Shown here piece by piece: positions 31,321 to 40,181 of a DNA stretch of 64,000 bases. The DNA lies in assembly GCA_964547485.1 (NCBI GenBank), contig CAZJNU010000006.1, positions 1,863 through 65,862 on the forward strand, given 5' to 3'. The stretch comes from an uncultured Actinomycetes bacterium. GTDB taxonomy: Bacteria; Actinomycetota; Actinomycetes; S36-B12; UBA10799. Both the position numbers and the translations under genes were made by a program. Numbering within the stretch: the first letter of the stretch is position 1; each line of letters starts with the position of its first letter. Under the pieces are notes generated by a model. It ran no database searches and was not told the DNA's origin. It was given only the letters and a program-made list of their open reading frames with translations.

Positions 31321-31785
31321 GTGGGCATGGCCATCGATTTCGAGACAGTGCGCACGAGTATGCCGACCGCCGTCCCCATGATGGGAACGCTGAACATTAA
31401 GTTTCTGGAGCTGGAATCGCAACGGTGTCTGCTCCGGTTGCCCGACAGTGCGGAATATCACAATCACATCGGTGGCCCCCACGCCGGCGCGATGTTCACG
31501 CTGGCCGAGTCCGCATCCGGTGCCCTGGTGCTGACGAATTTCGGGGATCGCCTTGCCGAGGCGACGCCGCTGGCGGTGGAGGCGACGATCCGCTACCTGA
31601 AGGTGGCGATGGGTGACGTTACTGCAGAGGCCACGATGGCCAGTGACCCTGCGGACGTACTCGCCGAACTGGCCGCCGGCAGCCGGCCGGAATTTGAGGT
31701 GGTGGTCACGATCCGTGACCGCGACGGTGTCGACACCGGCATCATGACGGTGCTGTGGACGCTCCGGCCGAACCGCCGGAGGTAG
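31321..31785 (+). CDS. hotdog-fold protein (PaaI/DUF4442-like)
   Basis: NHIGGPHAGAMFTLAESASG pattern, 154 aa. Confidence 0.62.
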   Translation: MGMAIDFETVRTSMPTAVPMMGTLNIKFLELESQRCLLRLPDSAEYHNHIGGPHAGAMFTLAESASGALVLTNFGDRLAEATPLAVEATIRYLKVAMGDVTAEATMASDPADVLAELAAGSRPEFEVVVTIRDRDGVDTGIMTVLWTLRPNRRR

Positions 31786-32356
31786 CTCCGGCGACCCTGG
31801 CGGCCAGGCCGAGCGGATCGGCGAACTCCACCCCTGGCTCTGTCGCCAGTGCCCGCACGAGCACCGGCTGCGAGACAAGCGCCGGGTCGACCGCGAGCAC
31901 CCGGCCACCCGCGGCCAACACCTGTCGAGCGCCCGCCAACCCGTCGTTGTTCGCACAGCTGAGCCCCACCACGGTGGCAGCGGAACCGAAGGCGTCGGCG
32001 GCGCTTTCGAAGGCGGAATCGATCGACGGAATGCTGTAGCTCTGGCGCGGTTCCGACGACAGCGTCGGCCCACTGCGGCCGATCAGCGTGTGGTACCCCG
32101 GGGGGGCCAGGTAGACCTGATCCGGTCGGTAGTAGGTCAGGTCCTCAACCTCGACAACCTCCAGCCGACCCACCCGACCCAGTCGATGGGCCAGTGCGGC
32201 GCCGGCCCGGACGTCCATCCCGCGGTGCAGGATGAACACCACCGGAATTGCCAGCAACGGCGGAAGCTTGGTCAGAATCGCTTCCACCTGACCCATCGAG
32301 CCAGCGCTGCCGCCGATGACGACCACCCCGTCGGCCTCTGCCCGGGTGGTCACCAC
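31742..32356 (-). CDS. cheB: CheB-type protein-glutamate methylesterase, catalytic domain only (no receiver)
   Basis: VVIGGSAGSMG (Ser), VVFILHRGMD (His), IPSIDSAFESAA (Asp). The GTG GTG at 32356/32353 overlaps the cheR stop (GTGA). Confidence 0.8.
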   Translation of the reverse strand: MVTTRAEADGVVVIGGSAGSMGQVEAILTKLPPLLAIPVVFILHRGMDVRAGAALAHRLGRVGRLEVVEVEDLTYYRPDQVYLAPPGYHTLIGRSGPTLSSEPRQSYSIPSIDSAFESAADAFGSAATVVGLSCANNDGLAGARQVLAAGGRVLAVDPALVSQPVLVRALATEPGVEFADPLGLAARVAGATSGGSAGASTAPS

Positions 32357-33195
32357 TTCCGCCGATAGAGCCGGGAGCGCTGGTCGATCGTGTCCAGTTG
32401 TCGGGCATGCGCCGAACCGCGAGAGGACTCCCGAGAGCCGAGCCCAAGCACGCCGCCTGGGACCAGCGACTCGAACAGAATCTCGTGCACCCGGGCGTGC
32501 AGTTCGGCGTTGAAGTAGATCAGCACATTGCGACACAAAATGAGATCGAACGAATTGAAGCTGGCATCGGATGCGAGGTTGTGCCGGGCGAAAACGATGC
32601 GCTCGCTGAGCGTCCGGTCGAACAGGGGTTCCTCGCCGGTCGACCCGCCGCCGGAGATTGGGAAGTAGTCGGCCAGGGCTGCGGTGCCGCCGCTTGCGAG
32701 GTAGTCATGGTTTCCGGCTGAGATACGGTCCGGAGCGACGAAACCGGCGCGCGCCTGGGCGAGGGACTGCTCGTTGATGTCGGTTGCGTAGATCCGGAAC
32801 CGCTGTGGTGACAACCCGCTCTCGACGAGGGTGATGGCCAACGAGTAGGCCTCCTCGCCGGTGGCCGCACCCGCCACCCAGGCGCGGACCAGGGTGCGGG
32901 AGTCGAAGGCCGGCAGCACGTCCGAACGCAGTGTGGCCCACATGCCTGGATCTCGGAACAGGTGGGTGAAACCCAGGCTCAGGGAGTCGATGACATCATC
33001 GACCAGCAGCGGGTTCTCCCCGACCCGCGCGGCCAACTCTGTGACGCCGCCGTTCATCCGGTGGCGGTCGGCGACGCGCCGGAGTCGCCGGATCACGAAC
33101 GGGCGTTGGTAATTGTTGAAGTCGGCGCCGCGGGTGGCCAGCACGGCAGCCAGCACGTGATCGACCGCGCCGTCGAGTTCAGCGGGTTCGAGCAC
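32350..33195 (-). CDS. cheR: CheR-type protein-glutamate O-methyltransferase
   Basis: THLFRDPGMW, RAWVAGAATGEEAYSLAI, IYATDIN, ILCRNVLIYF. Overlaps the kinase gene end by 17 nt. Confidence 0.85.
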   Translation of the reverse strand: MLEPAELDGAVDHVLAAVLATRGADFNNYQRPFVIRRLRRVADRHRMNGGVTELAARVGENPLLVDDVIDSLSLGFTHLFRDPGMWATLRSDVLPAFDSRTLVRAWVAGAATGEEAYSLAITLVESGLSPQRFRIYATDINEQSLAQARAGFVAPDRISAGNHDYLASGGTAALADYFPISGGGSTGEEPLFDRTLSERIVFARHNLASDASFNSFDLILCRNVLIYFNAELHARVHEILFESLVPGGVLGLGSRESSRGSAHARQLDTIDQRSRLYRRKW

Positions 33196-36100
33196 CGAGC
33201 CACACCCGGATCAGGGACACCAACTGTTCGGCATCGATTGGCTTCGTCAGGTAGTCCGAGGCCCCCGAGGCCAGGCTCCGGGCCCGGTCCTCCGGCATGG
33301 CCAAGGCGGTCACGCTGATCACCGGAAGTTGCGCCGTCGCGGGGTTGGACCGGATTCGCCGGGTGGCCTCCAGCCCATCCATCACCGGCATCATTACGTC
33401 CATCAGTACAAGTTCCACGTCACCACGTTCGGCGAGCACGGCCAGTGCCTGCTGGCCATCCTCGGCGTCCAGGACCTCCATCTCGTGTTGCTCCAGGATC
33501 GTTGCAAGAGAGAAGACATTCCGTGGATCGTCGTCGACAACCAGCACCACCCGGCCGGCCAGGTCGGGGTCCCGTTCGTAGAGCGCGGCCACCATCTGCT
33601 GCTGCTCGGCAGGCAGATCGGTCGAGACTCGATGCAGGAACCGAATCGTCTCGTCGATGAGTCGGGCATGGGCACTTTGATCCTTGGCGATCACTGCGCT
33701 CGCCACATGTTTCAACTCCGCCAGCCCGCCGGTGCTTTCGTCCGGGTCGTAGAACACGATCAACGGCAGGGACTGGCTGAGCGGTTCCTCACGCAGTGCC
33801 CGCAGCACGGACTGACCATCGTCACCCGCGGTCGCCAGGTCCACCACGACTGCGTCGAATCCTCGTTCCCTTATCGCGGGCAGAGCTGTCGTCACATCGG
33901 TGAACACCTGCACGTCAAGGTCGCCGCCGCGCAGTAGTGACGAAACGGCGGTCGCCTCATCGGGGTCCGACTCCACGACTACCACCCGCCGCGGCTGACC
34001 TGCCAGCATCTGGGTGAACCTGTGCAGCACCCCGGCGATGTCGGCCGCCGCAGCCGGCTTGATGAGGGTGCCATTGACGCCCAGCGCTGCCAGCGCGGAC
34101 TCTGAACCGGAGATTATCTGCACCGGCGTGTGCCGGGTCTGCTGGTCGTGTCGAATCCGATCGAGGAGTACCCAACCGTCCATGTCCGGCAAACCGAGGT
34201 CGAGCGTGATCGCATCGGGGGCGCGTGCCGCGAGGAATTCCAGCGCCTGCTGGCCGCTGCCCGCGATCTCGGTGTGGAACCCCAGAGCACGCGCCTCGTC
34301 CGCGATCAGCGAGGCGAACAACGGGTCATCCTCAATGATCAAAAGAACCGAGCCAGCTGGATCGACTGTCTCCGGCTGAGTCTGACTTTCAGCGCCGGGT
34401 CGGACTTCGGTCACGGGGGTTGGCACAGGCATCTCTACACTTGCGGCCGCTGCTGGCGGGTGGAGAAACGCCGATCCGCTCCCAGCTGGTCCGTCAGCAG
34501 CAGGTGGAGCAGCCGTGGCCATCTGGCCGCTGTCTGTCGATGCGGCAGGAGGGCCTGCGATAGGCAGCGTTAATTCGAACTGCGAACCGACCCCCTGCTC
34601 GCTTCGGACGACGAGGTCGCCGCCCATCTTCCGTGCCAGTTCCTGCGCGATCGACAGTCCCAGTCCCGTACCGGCGGTGGTGTGGCCGCGGGCGTTACCC
34701 AGTTGTTTGAACGGTTCGAACACCGCGGCGAGGTTTTCCTCGGCGATCCCGGACCCGGTGTCAGCAACTGTGAAGGAGACGAATTCGCCACTGACCGCGA
34801 CCGTCAGGTCCACTGATCCCACGATCGTGAACTTCACCGCATTGGACAGCAGGTTCTTCAGGATCTGCTCGACTCGTAGCCGATCTGACACGATCGAATC
34901 CGGCGTACCCGGACTGACGCTGATCCCCAGCTGGAGTCCCTTCTCCTCGGCAAGGGGTCGGAACTGGCGGTTCAGCGCTGCGCAGACGGCCTCGATCGGC
35001 ACCTGTTCGGCAGCAATGTCGATCTTCCCCGCCTCCACCTTTGACAGGTCGAGGACATCGTTGATCAACGCCAGCAAGTCCTTGCCGCAGGCGTTGATGG
35101 TGGCCGCGAATTCCACCCGACGCTCCACCGGAAGCGACTCCGGACTCTTCACGAGCCGCTCGCTGAGGATGAGCACGCTGTTCAACGGAGTACGCAATTC
35201 GTGCGACATCTTGGCCAGGAAGGCCGACTTGTAGGCCGAGGCCTGGTCCACGATCTCGGTGCGGAGCAGCAGATCCTGGTGCGCCTGCTCAAGTGCCACA
35301 TTGCGCTCGGCGAGGGCGGCCTGCTGTTCCTCCATCAGCGCGGCCCCCTCCTCCAGGCCTACATTGGCGTCCTCCAACTCCCGTGACTGCGACTCCAGTT
35401 CCTCCGTCTGAGACTGCAGCTCCTCTGCCTGGGCCTGGAGTTCCTCGGACTGCGCCTGTGCCTCCTCGAGGAGTTCAAGGGTCCGTTGCTGAGCGTGGCG
35501 GACGGCCAGGTGCAGTCCGATCAGGTCCGCCGACTGGGTCAGCACTTCGCGGGCTTCGGCCTCGAAGGTCCCGAATGTGGCGACCTCCAAAACGCCCAGG
35601 GTCTTTCCGCCTGCGACGCAGGGGATCACCGCAATCTGGGCGGGCTTCGCGGCGCCAAGAGCTGACTCGACAGTCAGATAGTCGGCTGGAGCCGCCATGA
35701 ACCTGGCCTGCTGATCTGCGGCTGCCTGGCCCACCAGCCCCTCGAGGAATGCGATCCGCTCGGGAACCCGGTGACCGTCGCTGGCTCCGACAGCCGCGAC
35801 CCGGACCAGCGTCTGTTGGTCAGTCCGCGCCGTCTCATACAGCACTGCGGTAGGGGCCTCGGCGGACATGGCCAGCAGCGTGAGTACCTCGTCGTCAGCC
35901 GTGCTGGCATCGCTCTCGCCCTGCATGCTGCGGCTGATCCCGAGCAGGGTCTCCTGCACCCGATCGTCGGCATCCCGGGCGTCCCTGGCGCCGGCGAGCG
36001 ATGTTCGCATCGCGTCGATCTTCGTGCCGAGTGAACCCAATTCGTCTCGACCAGTGACGGTCACCGGCGAGTCGAGCTTGCCCGCGCCGATGAGGTCGGC

Positions 36101-36775
36101 ACTGCCCTCCAGCAACTTGAACCGGCGTGACAGGTTGCGCCCCAGGATGACCAGCAGGATCGTGCTGCTGGCCGCAATCAACAGCAGTACGCCGTAGAGG
36201 ATGTACTGGGTTGTGGTGAGCTCGTCGGAGAGCTCTGTCGAGATCCGATCTCTGATTCCCTGTGCATGTTCGACGTTGATGAACTGGTCGAGTTCCTGCG
36301 TGAGCTGGTCATGAGTTGCAGGATTCTGCGCGACGGCGATGAACGGCTGCAGGACGGAACGCGGCGCCTCGCCGGTTGCCACCCGGTCGGCCGCCGTGAG
36401 CGCAGGGTCGACGGTCCCATCCACCCAGGACTGCACCGAGGCGAAGACCGCTGCGTCCTGGGATGTCGGATCAGTCGCAATTACATTCGAGATCGCCTGG
36501 TCGATCCTGTTGATCTCCTCCTTGGCGCGTGCTCGCCAGACGGGATTGAGTGTCGTCAGGTAGTCGGTGCGGGCGGCGTCGAGGCTCTCCACCGCCAACT
36601 GCATCGCGCGCAACTCGCGGACGTCGGAGGTGGCCACGGTCAGTTGGTCATTCAGTTGCTCGGCCCGGCCGACCGCACTGATCGCGACCGCGCCGCCAGC
36701 GGCACCCAGCAGCAGCGTGCAGCCCAGCACCAGGCCAACCTTCACCGGGATCTTCCGGTTGTCCAGCCAACTCAT
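33179..36775 (-). CDS. hybrid sensor histidine kinase: TM, helical extracytoplasmic sensor, TM, HAMP, GAF, coiled coil, HisKA, HATPase, three receiver domains
   Basis: Two TM segments flank a helical domain of about 170 aa. HAMP region (RRFKLLEGSADLIGAGKLDSPV). H-box FLAKMSHELRTPLNS. N/G boxes NLLSNAVKF and DTGSGI, GTGLGLSI. Receivers at LLIIEDDP..., VVVVESDP... and VLVVDDDP...MDVMMPVMDG. Confidence 0.9.
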   Translation of the reverse strand: MSWLDNRKIPVKVGLVLGCTLLLGAAGGAVAISAVGRAEQLNDQLTVATSDVRELRAMQLAVESLDAARTDYLTTLNPVWRARAKEEINRIDQAISNVIATDPTSQDAAVFASVQSWVDGTVDPALTAADRVATGEAPRSVLQPFIAVAQNPATHDQLTQELDQFINVEHAQGIRDRISTELSDELTTTQYILYGVLLLIAASSTILLVILGRNLSRRFKLLEGSADLIGAGKLDSPVTVTGRDELGSLGTKIDAMRTSLAGARDARDADDRVQETLLGISRSMQGESDASTADDEVLTLLAMSAEAPTAVLYETARTDQQTLVRVAAVGASDGHRVPERIAFLEGLVGQAAADQQARFMAAPADYLTVESALGAAKPAQIAVIPCVAGGKTLGVLEVATFGTFEAEAREVLTQSADLIGLHLAVRHAQQRTLELLEEAQAQSEELQAQAEELQSQTEELESQSRELEDANVGLEEGAALMEEQQAALAERNVALEQAHQDLLLRTEIVDQASAYKSAFLAKMSHELRTPLNSVLILSERLVKSPESLPVERRVEFAATINACGKDLLALINDVLDLSKVEAGKIDIAAEQVPIEAVCAALNRQFRPLAEEKGLQLGISVSPGTPDSIVSDRLRVEQILKNLLSNAVKFTIVGSVDLTVAVSGEFVSFTVADTGSGIAEENLAAVFEPFKQLGNARGHTTAGTGLGLSIAQELARKMGGDLVVRSEQGVGSQFELTLPIAGPPAASTDSGQMATAAPPAADGPAGSGSAFLHPPAAAASVEMPVPTPVTEVRPGAESQTQPETVDPAGSVLLIIEDDPLFASLIADEARALGFHTEIAGSGQQALEFLAARAPDAITLDLGLPDMDGWVLLDRIRHDQQTRHTPVQIISGSESALAALGVNGTLIKPAAAADIAGVLHRFTQMLAGQPRRVVVVESDPDEATAVSSLLRGGDLDVQVFTDVTTALPAIRERGFDAVVVDLATAGDDGQSVLRALREEPLSQSLPLIVFYDPDESTGGLAELKHVASAVIAKDQSAHARLIDETIRFLHRVSTDLPAEQQQMVAALYERDPDLAGRVVLVVDDDPRNVFSLATILEQHEMEVLDAEDGQQALAVLAERGDVELVLMDVMMPVMDGLEATRRIRSNPATAQLPVISVTALAMPEDRARSLASGASDYLTKPIDAEQLVSLIRVWLGARTR

Positions 36776-37815
36776 GACTGCCGGCCTTCGCCAGACTCTT
36801 CCGCACCGGAGATGACCAGGCCGGAGCCCGCCTTCTTCGCCTCATACATGGCCCGGTCGGCCGCCGCCAGGATCTGGTCGATCGTGACGTTGTGGGACGC
36901 GAGGTGCAGAGCGAGGCCGACGCTGCCCGGTGCCGCAACGAATCGGCCGTCACTGAGTTGGTAGTCGGCGGCGAGCGCCCCGTGGATCCGCTCGCCCATA
37001 CTTGCGAGGTCGTCGTCATCCTGGATCTCCTGCACGACGACGCAGAACTCGTCACCGCCGAGCCGGGCCACCAGGTCGTACGGTCGCGCGATGCCGCGAA
37101 GTCGGCCTGCAGCCAGCACCAGGACCTCATCACCCGCCGCATGGCCCAGCGTGTCGTTGATCGTCTTGAATCCGTCCAGATCGATCACTGCCACCCCGTG
37201 ATGGCGGCCGGAGCGCTGCTGGTGGGCGCGGACTGCCGCCAGCGAATTCATCAGTTGCCGACGATTCATCAGGGAGGTGAGTGGGTCTGTCGCGGCAAGC
37301 AACTGCAAGTTCGCGTTGGCCTCCGACAATTGCTGTTCAATCGCCCGAAGCCGATCCCGTTGCCGTTCGATTTGCTTCAACTGTTGGGCGAGGGTGCAGA
37401 AGACGTTGACCTTTGACTGCAGAATCTGCGGTACGACCGGCTTCGACAGGTAGTCCACCGCCCCCAGGTCGTACCCGGCCGACATCGCGTCGTCATTGAA
37501 CGCGTACCCGGTGACGAACAGGATGGGTGTCGTTGCCAGTCGAGGATTTGCCCGGACCAGGCCGGCGAGCTCGAACCCCGTCATGTCGCCGAGGTTGACA
37601 TCGAGCAGGATCGCCGCAGGTGTGGTCTTGCGCAGCAGCCGCAGCGCTTCCGTTCCGGATGCGGCGAACACCAGTTCCCGGTCCGGTTCGGCGAGCAGAT
37701 CGCCGATGAGCAGATTGGCGTTGGGATCGTCATCGATCACCATCACCACGACGGGATCGATCGGCTCGGTTGGTGCCTCCGACTCAGCCACCTGTGACCC
37801 TTTCGATCGTGCCAC
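36772..37815 (-). CDS. response regulator with GGDEF diguanylate cyclase output
   Basis: Receiver VVMVIDDDP...LLDVNLGDMTG...KP. GGDEF active site RLGGDEF with an RPYD (RxxD I-site) 5 residues upstream. The stop overlaps the kinase start (ATGA). Confidence 0.9.
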   Translation of the reverse strand: MARSKGSQVAESEAPTEPIDPVVVMVIDDDPNANLLIGDLLAEPDRELVFAASGTEALRLLRKTTPAAILLDVNLGDMTGFELAGLVRANPRLATTPILFVTGYAFNDDAMSAGYDLGAVDYLSKPVVPQILQSKVNVFCTLAQQLKQIERQRDRLRAIEQQLSEANANLQLLAATDPLTSLMNRRQLMNSLAAVRAHQQRSGRHHGVAVIDLDGFKTINDTLGHAAGDEVLVLAAGRLRGIARPYDLVARLGGDEFCVVVQEIQDDDDLASMGERIHGALAADYQLSDGRFVAAPGSVGLALHLASHNVTIDQILAAADRAMYEAKKAGSGLVISGAEESGEGRQS

Positions 37816-37935
37816 GGCAGGCCGTCTGCCCCCGGGCTCGCCGGCGCCGGGATCGGCGTCTCGCTTCGAGTATGGCCGGGAATCAGGTGTGAGTCAGGCT
37901 CGGCGGAAATCTCCCCGATGCCCAGCGGCTTCCGG

Positions 37936-39063
37936 TCAGTGGCAGGCGTCGGAACCGGCGTCGGTGAACGTGCCATTGCCGTCGAAGGTCGCGGGTATGT
38001 ACTGCCAGGAGTACCCCGCCGAGGCCAGTTGCAGTTTCAGCACTCCGAAGGTGTCGTCGTTGCGCGCCTCTGATTGTGGATTTCCGCCTTCGGAGACCGA
38101 GTACAGGCTCTTGCCGCCCATCCCCACGACGAACTCCCGGACGCCGTTGGGGTTTTCGGAACCGTCCGACGTCAGCGGTGGGAACCGCTCGTAGGAGTGA
38201 TTGTGGCCGTTGAGGACGACTTCGGCCCCGGCCTTTTCGAGGAGCTCCCAGAGCGGCCGCACGGCCGAGGACCCGCTGTGCTTGCCGTTGGTGAACAGTG
38301 GTCGATGCCAAAAGGCGAGGGTGCATTTCGACTCGTTCGCCGCGAGGTCCTGCCGGAGCCACTCGTACTGCGGTGATCCCTGCCCGCACTCCACCCCAGT
38401 TTCGGAGTTGCATTCGGAATTCAGGGCGATCACGTGCCAACTTCCGATCGAGCGGCTGTACCACCCTTGGTAGCTCCGGCCAGCCACCCCGGACGGGTTC
38501 GGTGACTCTTCGGTACCGCCATTGAAGTAGGCCCAGTAGCCGGGGGCTTTCGCGAACTCCGCGTCACCGTTGCCGTATTCGTGGTTCCCGGGGACAGGCC
38601 ACAGTCTATTGGTGGCCGGGTCGGTTGCGTTCAGAAAGCGCCCCCAGGACTGCGCGAAGGATGCGCGGAAAGCGTCCAGCCGACCATCCTGGTACTGGTT
38701 GTCGCCGAGGGTGAGAACCGCATCGGGGGAGAGGCTGGCGGCTGCCTCCGCGGTCGCGGCCTGTCGGCAGTGGTCGCCGTCACCACGGCCGTCATTGAAG
38801 TCCGAATCGTCCGGGGCGCAGGCAATGTCGCCGACCGCGGCGATCGTCACGGTGGCAGGGGTCTGGCCGGGGGAGCGGCTCGCGTCAACGGGGGACCGAG
38901 GAGGGGATTGGCGTCCGCCGGTCGGGGCTGCGGGGGAAGTGGTGGCTGGTCCGCTGCCTGAGGAGGCTGCGGTCGGGGGACTCTGGCCGCTGCATCCGGT
39001 CCCGGCCGCCCCGAGTGCGGCAGCGGTCAGCAGCACCGTCGTCACCCGACCCCGGCTGTTCAC
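37936..39063 (-). CDS. secreted calcineurin-like metallophosphoesterase (lipoprotein)
   Basis: The GTG at 39063 gives VNSRGRVTTVLLTAAALGAAGTGC|S. Motifs AVGDIAC, LGDNQY, GNHEY, GHNHSYER. The upstream part of the track ORF is Arg/Ser-rich and non-coding-like. Confidence 0.78.
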   Translation of the reverse strand: MNSRGRVTTVLLTAAALGAAGTGCSGQSPPTAASSGSGPATTSPAAPTGGRQSPPRSPVDASRSPGQTPATVTIAAVGDIACAPDDSDFNDGRGDGDHCRQAATAEAAASLSPDAVLTLGDNQYQDGRLDAFRASFAQSWGRFLNATDPATNRLWPVPGNHEYGNGDAEFAKAPGYWAYFNGGTEESPNPSGVAGRSYQGWYSRSIGSWHVIALNSECNSETGVECGQGSPQYEWLRQDLAANESKCTLAFWHRPLFTNGKHSGSSAVRPLWELLEKAGAEVVLNGHNHSYERFPPLTSDGSENPNGVREFVVGMGGKSLYSVSEGGNPQSEARNDDTFGVLKLQLASAGYSWQYIPATFDGNGTFTDAGSDACH

Positions 39064-39100
39064 ACGCGGGATCCTAGCGTCCGGCCCGGCAGCCCGTGGG

Positions 39101-40042
39101 TCATCCTGCGACGGGAGCTGCTTGCTGTTGCGGTGCGCGGGCAGTCGGTCCGCCGCTGGCAATCCGATCGCGCAGCATCGCCCGATCGATGGCGACGCCG
39201 TCAGTGGACTCCAGGAATCCCAACACAGTCCTGGCGAATCGCGCCGGCTCATCCATGTGCGGGAAATGCCGCGACTGCTCGAAGATCTCCAATTGGCTGC
39301 CCGGGATCGCCTGGTGAGCCGCATAGGCGTGGGAGACCGGGATGAGGGTGTCCAACGCACCCCAGACAATCAGAGTGGGGCGACCCTCGCCGAGGTAGAG
39401 CCGGTCGGCTGCGCTGACACGCTGGCCACCTGGTTCGACCACACTGCGCAGCGAGTGCACGAACGCCGTCCGGGCAGGTCCGTCTGCCAGTGACGCGTAG
39501 CCGCGTGCCACCTCGGCCACCGATGGCCGGGGTCGAATCGGGACTCGCCGAAGCAGGCGGCCGACTGCCACCCCAGCGTCGCGGACCCGGCGATTGGCGA
39601 TCACCGGCAGGACGAACTCGGCGCCGGGCAGGGTGGCGGCCCGCAGCGCCGGGGTCACCTCGCGGCCGAGACCGCCACTATCCACCAGCACTACCCGCTC
39701 GCAGTACTCGCTGTACTGATAGGCGAATTGCAGAGCCACGCCGCCGCCGAGGGAGTGCCCGACGATGGTGACCCGATCGTGGCCGAGGTGTTCCAGCAGG
39801 TCGCGCAGGCCGCTAGCGAACCCGCCAAGGGAGTAGTCGGTGCGGGGCTTGTCCGACTCGCCATGGCCCAACAGATCGGGCGCGATCACGTGCGCGTGCT
39901 CTGCCAATGCCGGGATCACCGGGTCCCAGGTGGCGCTGCTGCTGGTGATCCCATGAATCATCAGCAGCACGGGCAGGTTGGGGTCGCCCGCGACTCGGTA
40001 CACCATTCTGTGCCCGTGCAGGGTCACCTCTGTCTGTTGCAT
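39101..40042 (-). CDS. alpha/beta-fold hydrolase
   Basis: LLMIHGITSSSATW, nucleophile elbow GHSLGG, 313 aa. Confidence 0.85.
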   Translation of the reverse strand: MQQTEVTLHGHRMVYRVAGDPNLPVLLMIHGITSSSATWDPVIPALAEHAHVIAPDLLGHGESDKPRTDYSLGGFASGLRDLLEHLGHDRVTIVGHSLGGGVALQFAYQYSEYCERVVLVDSGGLGREVTPALRAATLPGAEFVLPVIANRRVRDAGVAVGRLLRRVPIRPRPSVAEVARGYASLADGPARTAFVHSLRSVVEPGGQRVSAADRLYLGEGRPTLIVWGALDTLIPVSHAYAAHQAIPGSQLEIFEQSRHFPHMDEPARFARTVLGFLESTDGVAIDRAMLRDRIASGGPTARAPQQQAAPVAG

Positions 40043-40181
40043 GGCGACCTCCTATTGCTGGTCATCCCAGCAGACCATGCCAGCGGCGCCTGCCGACACC
40101 CGGGGGTCGCGGTTGCCCCGGACGCAACGGCGCAGCAGGCCGGTTAGCTGCCGAATTAGTCACAGTCTAGAGTCAATCCCT

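Noticed and set aside
39978-40181. N-terminal 68 aa of the track ORF for the CtaA-NirK fusion
   Set aside because: This part overlaps the divergent alpha/beta hydrolase gene start and the shared intergenic region, and it is Cys/Arg/Ser-rich. The GTG at 40182 gives a sensible start just before the first TM helix.
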